From: Zygnema circumcarinatum SAG 698-1b
Taxonomy: Eukaryota; Plantae; Zygnematophyceae
Reading direction: 5' to 3'
Assembly (NCBI GenBank): GCA_037447605.1
Contig: CM074809.1
Coordinates: 610,689-674,688 of the forward strand
DNA length: 64,000 nucleotides
Position 1 is the first letter of the stretch. The number at the start of each line of letters is the position of its first letter. This document shows, one piece after another, positions 62,401 to 64,000 of this stretch. The notes below the pieces were generated by a model that was given only the letters and a program-made list of their open reading frames with translations, was not told where the DNA came from and did no database searches. Made by a program: the position numbers and the translations under genes.

Positions 62401-62869
62401 GACTCTTTGTCTCTGTTAAATTGAGCCTGGTCCTTCCCACTACCTTCACTCTCTGCCACGCTTGCAGGTCTGAAACAAAACACCCCTCATGTGCACACAC
62501 TGAAAAGAAAATGATTCAAAGCACAAAACACCGAAAGAATGGAAGTAAGGAGAAAGCCCCCACGGCCTCAAAGCCTCCTTCACAAGGAATGGGAAAGTAA
62601 CAAGCAGTAAGTGTAGCTCTTAAGCTTCCAATACTGCTCTGACTTACTGCCCCAACTTCCTGCTGCTGCCCATACATGTAGATGTAGTGTACAATAGGGG
62701 TATAGCCTAGAATAGTACAATGTACGGTCCTTACCTGTTGTCGGCGGTCAAGGAGATTCGGTCACTGTCTGAACTAGACCGAAAAGTTCCGTCGGGTAGT
62801 GGGAAGCACGGGGAGTCGAGATTGGCTACGTGGCGGGCGGCGATAGGCTGCACCGACACGAGACTAATT

Positions 62870-63210
62870 TAGAATGAATGTGTAAGTTGTGTCACGTGGC
62901 GTGCAGCGATAGGCTGCGTGGCCAGTTTGTGTACAGTACTTCTTATTGGAGCTGCGAAGTTTCGCGGAAGGCTGGCGCGTGGAGGGAGGACGTTTCCGGT
63001 ACGGACAGTCCCCAGTGGCCATGGCGGCCCTAGGCTGAGCTCCAGCGCGGCGCGGTCCCCAGTGGGACTGTCCGTACCGGAAACGCCCTCCCTTCCACGC
63101 GCCAGCCTTCCTCGAAGCTTCGCACCTCCAATAATCAGTACTAAGCTAATTTCCTGACCGTGCGGCCTATCACCGCACACCACGTGGCACACCTACACAT
63201 CGATTCTAGA
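62870..63210. repeat. Long imperfect palindrome / fold-back (MITE-like)
   Basis: Arms ~62870-63014 and ~63060-63210. For example ggaaggctggcgcgtggagggaggacgtttccggtacggacagtcc pairs with ggactgtccgtaccggaaacgccctcccttccacgcgccagccttcc. Confidence 0.85.
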
Positions 63211-63239
63211 CAAGTCAAGAGTCTTCTATCGCCGCGCGC

Positions 63240-63890
63240 CTCGTGCGAGTGCGCGCGTCCGAGATCTCCGCAAAATTATGAGCTGGACCGGCCAGCATGT
63301 GGCGGCTCACTATTGAACAACTGACAGCCAATCAACATGTGCCACGTGTTATTCATATGTCGTGGTACATTGTGATTGGTCCAGGTCACAATGTAGGTAT
63401 TTCTCCTTTCCTCGAAACTGTGACCGGGCAACATTTATACGGACATCACTTTGAGCCGGCTTTGGCGGGACACGTGGGCGCGTGCCATTCGCTGGGACCG
63501 TGCCCGGCTGCAGATCGAACGGTTTTTGTGGTGCGATCTGCGAGGGAATCGACGGCCATTTTTACCGCACGTGTGAAGGACGGACACCCGCGAACGATCT
63601 CGTGGCGGACGGATCTTCCGCTCCGAGCAGATTCGGGCAGGCCGATATTTTTTTCTCCCAAAAAAAAAATTTGAGGGGACTGAGATATTCAAAATGAGGT
63701 GACGGGGTATCATTTTCCGTGTTTTGCAAAAATAAAATCTGCCCGACGGAAAAAGGTTGTATCGATTCCAAAAAGGTGTGAAAAAAGCATTTTCCGTTTT
63801 TCTAACCTTTTTTTGTCGATTTTAAAACCTGCCCGGTGAAAAAACGGGTGTGTCTATCCAAAAAAGGAGTGGATTTATCACTACCCTTTT
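63240..63890. repeat. Dispersed modular repeat, related to 55620-56140
   Basis: See the 55620-56140 entry. Confidence 0.75.
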
Positions 63891-64000
63891 TAATTCAGAC
63901 TTGTGATGATGATGATGGAGATGCACAGGGGAAAGCACTTGTACGGACGTACAGTCCGTACACTCGTACGAAAACCACCGAACGAGTGAGTACGACAAAG

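Noticed and set aside
1-64000. tRNA, rRNA or snRNA genes
   Set aside because: None was recognisable by eye. tRNAscan-SE or Infernal would be needed to exclude them.

Overview
Intron-rich eukaryotic nuclear DNA from a green-lineage, streptophyte-type organism. Plant-type EMB1381, ARGOS-like, R2R3-MYB, TBL-like and plastid IF3 genes sit beside a PHPT1 domain and a protist-like S1/P1 nuclease, which suggests a streptophyte alga or early-diverging plant (inference). Introns are full of GA/CT microsatellites, so most listed ORFs are spurious, and the draft assembly has many 10-N gaps and two 100-N gaps. Splicing exons by hand (GT/GC-AG with phase checks) gives 11 protein-coding loci, in order: (1) a NudC/NUDX19-type NADH pyrophosphatase fused in frame to a C-terminal Janus/Ocnus (PHPT1-type phosphohistidine phosphatase) domain, the top finding; (2) a membrane-anchored S1/P1 nuclease; (3) EMB1381-like; (4) the C-terminal half of a hybrid histidine kinase; (5) a SnoaL/NTF2-like protein; (6) ARGOS/OSR-like; (7) Mpv17/PMP22; (8) plastid IF3; (9) an R2R3-MYB with an EAR motif; (10) RPF2; (11) a TBL/PC-esterase-like protein. 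The window also holds a nest of Tc1/mariner-type TIR elements with a degenerate Ty1/copia, a duplicated RPF2 fragment, fold-back elements and a dispersed palindromic CCAAT/G-box module. All family assignments rest on motif recognition from memory, with no database search.
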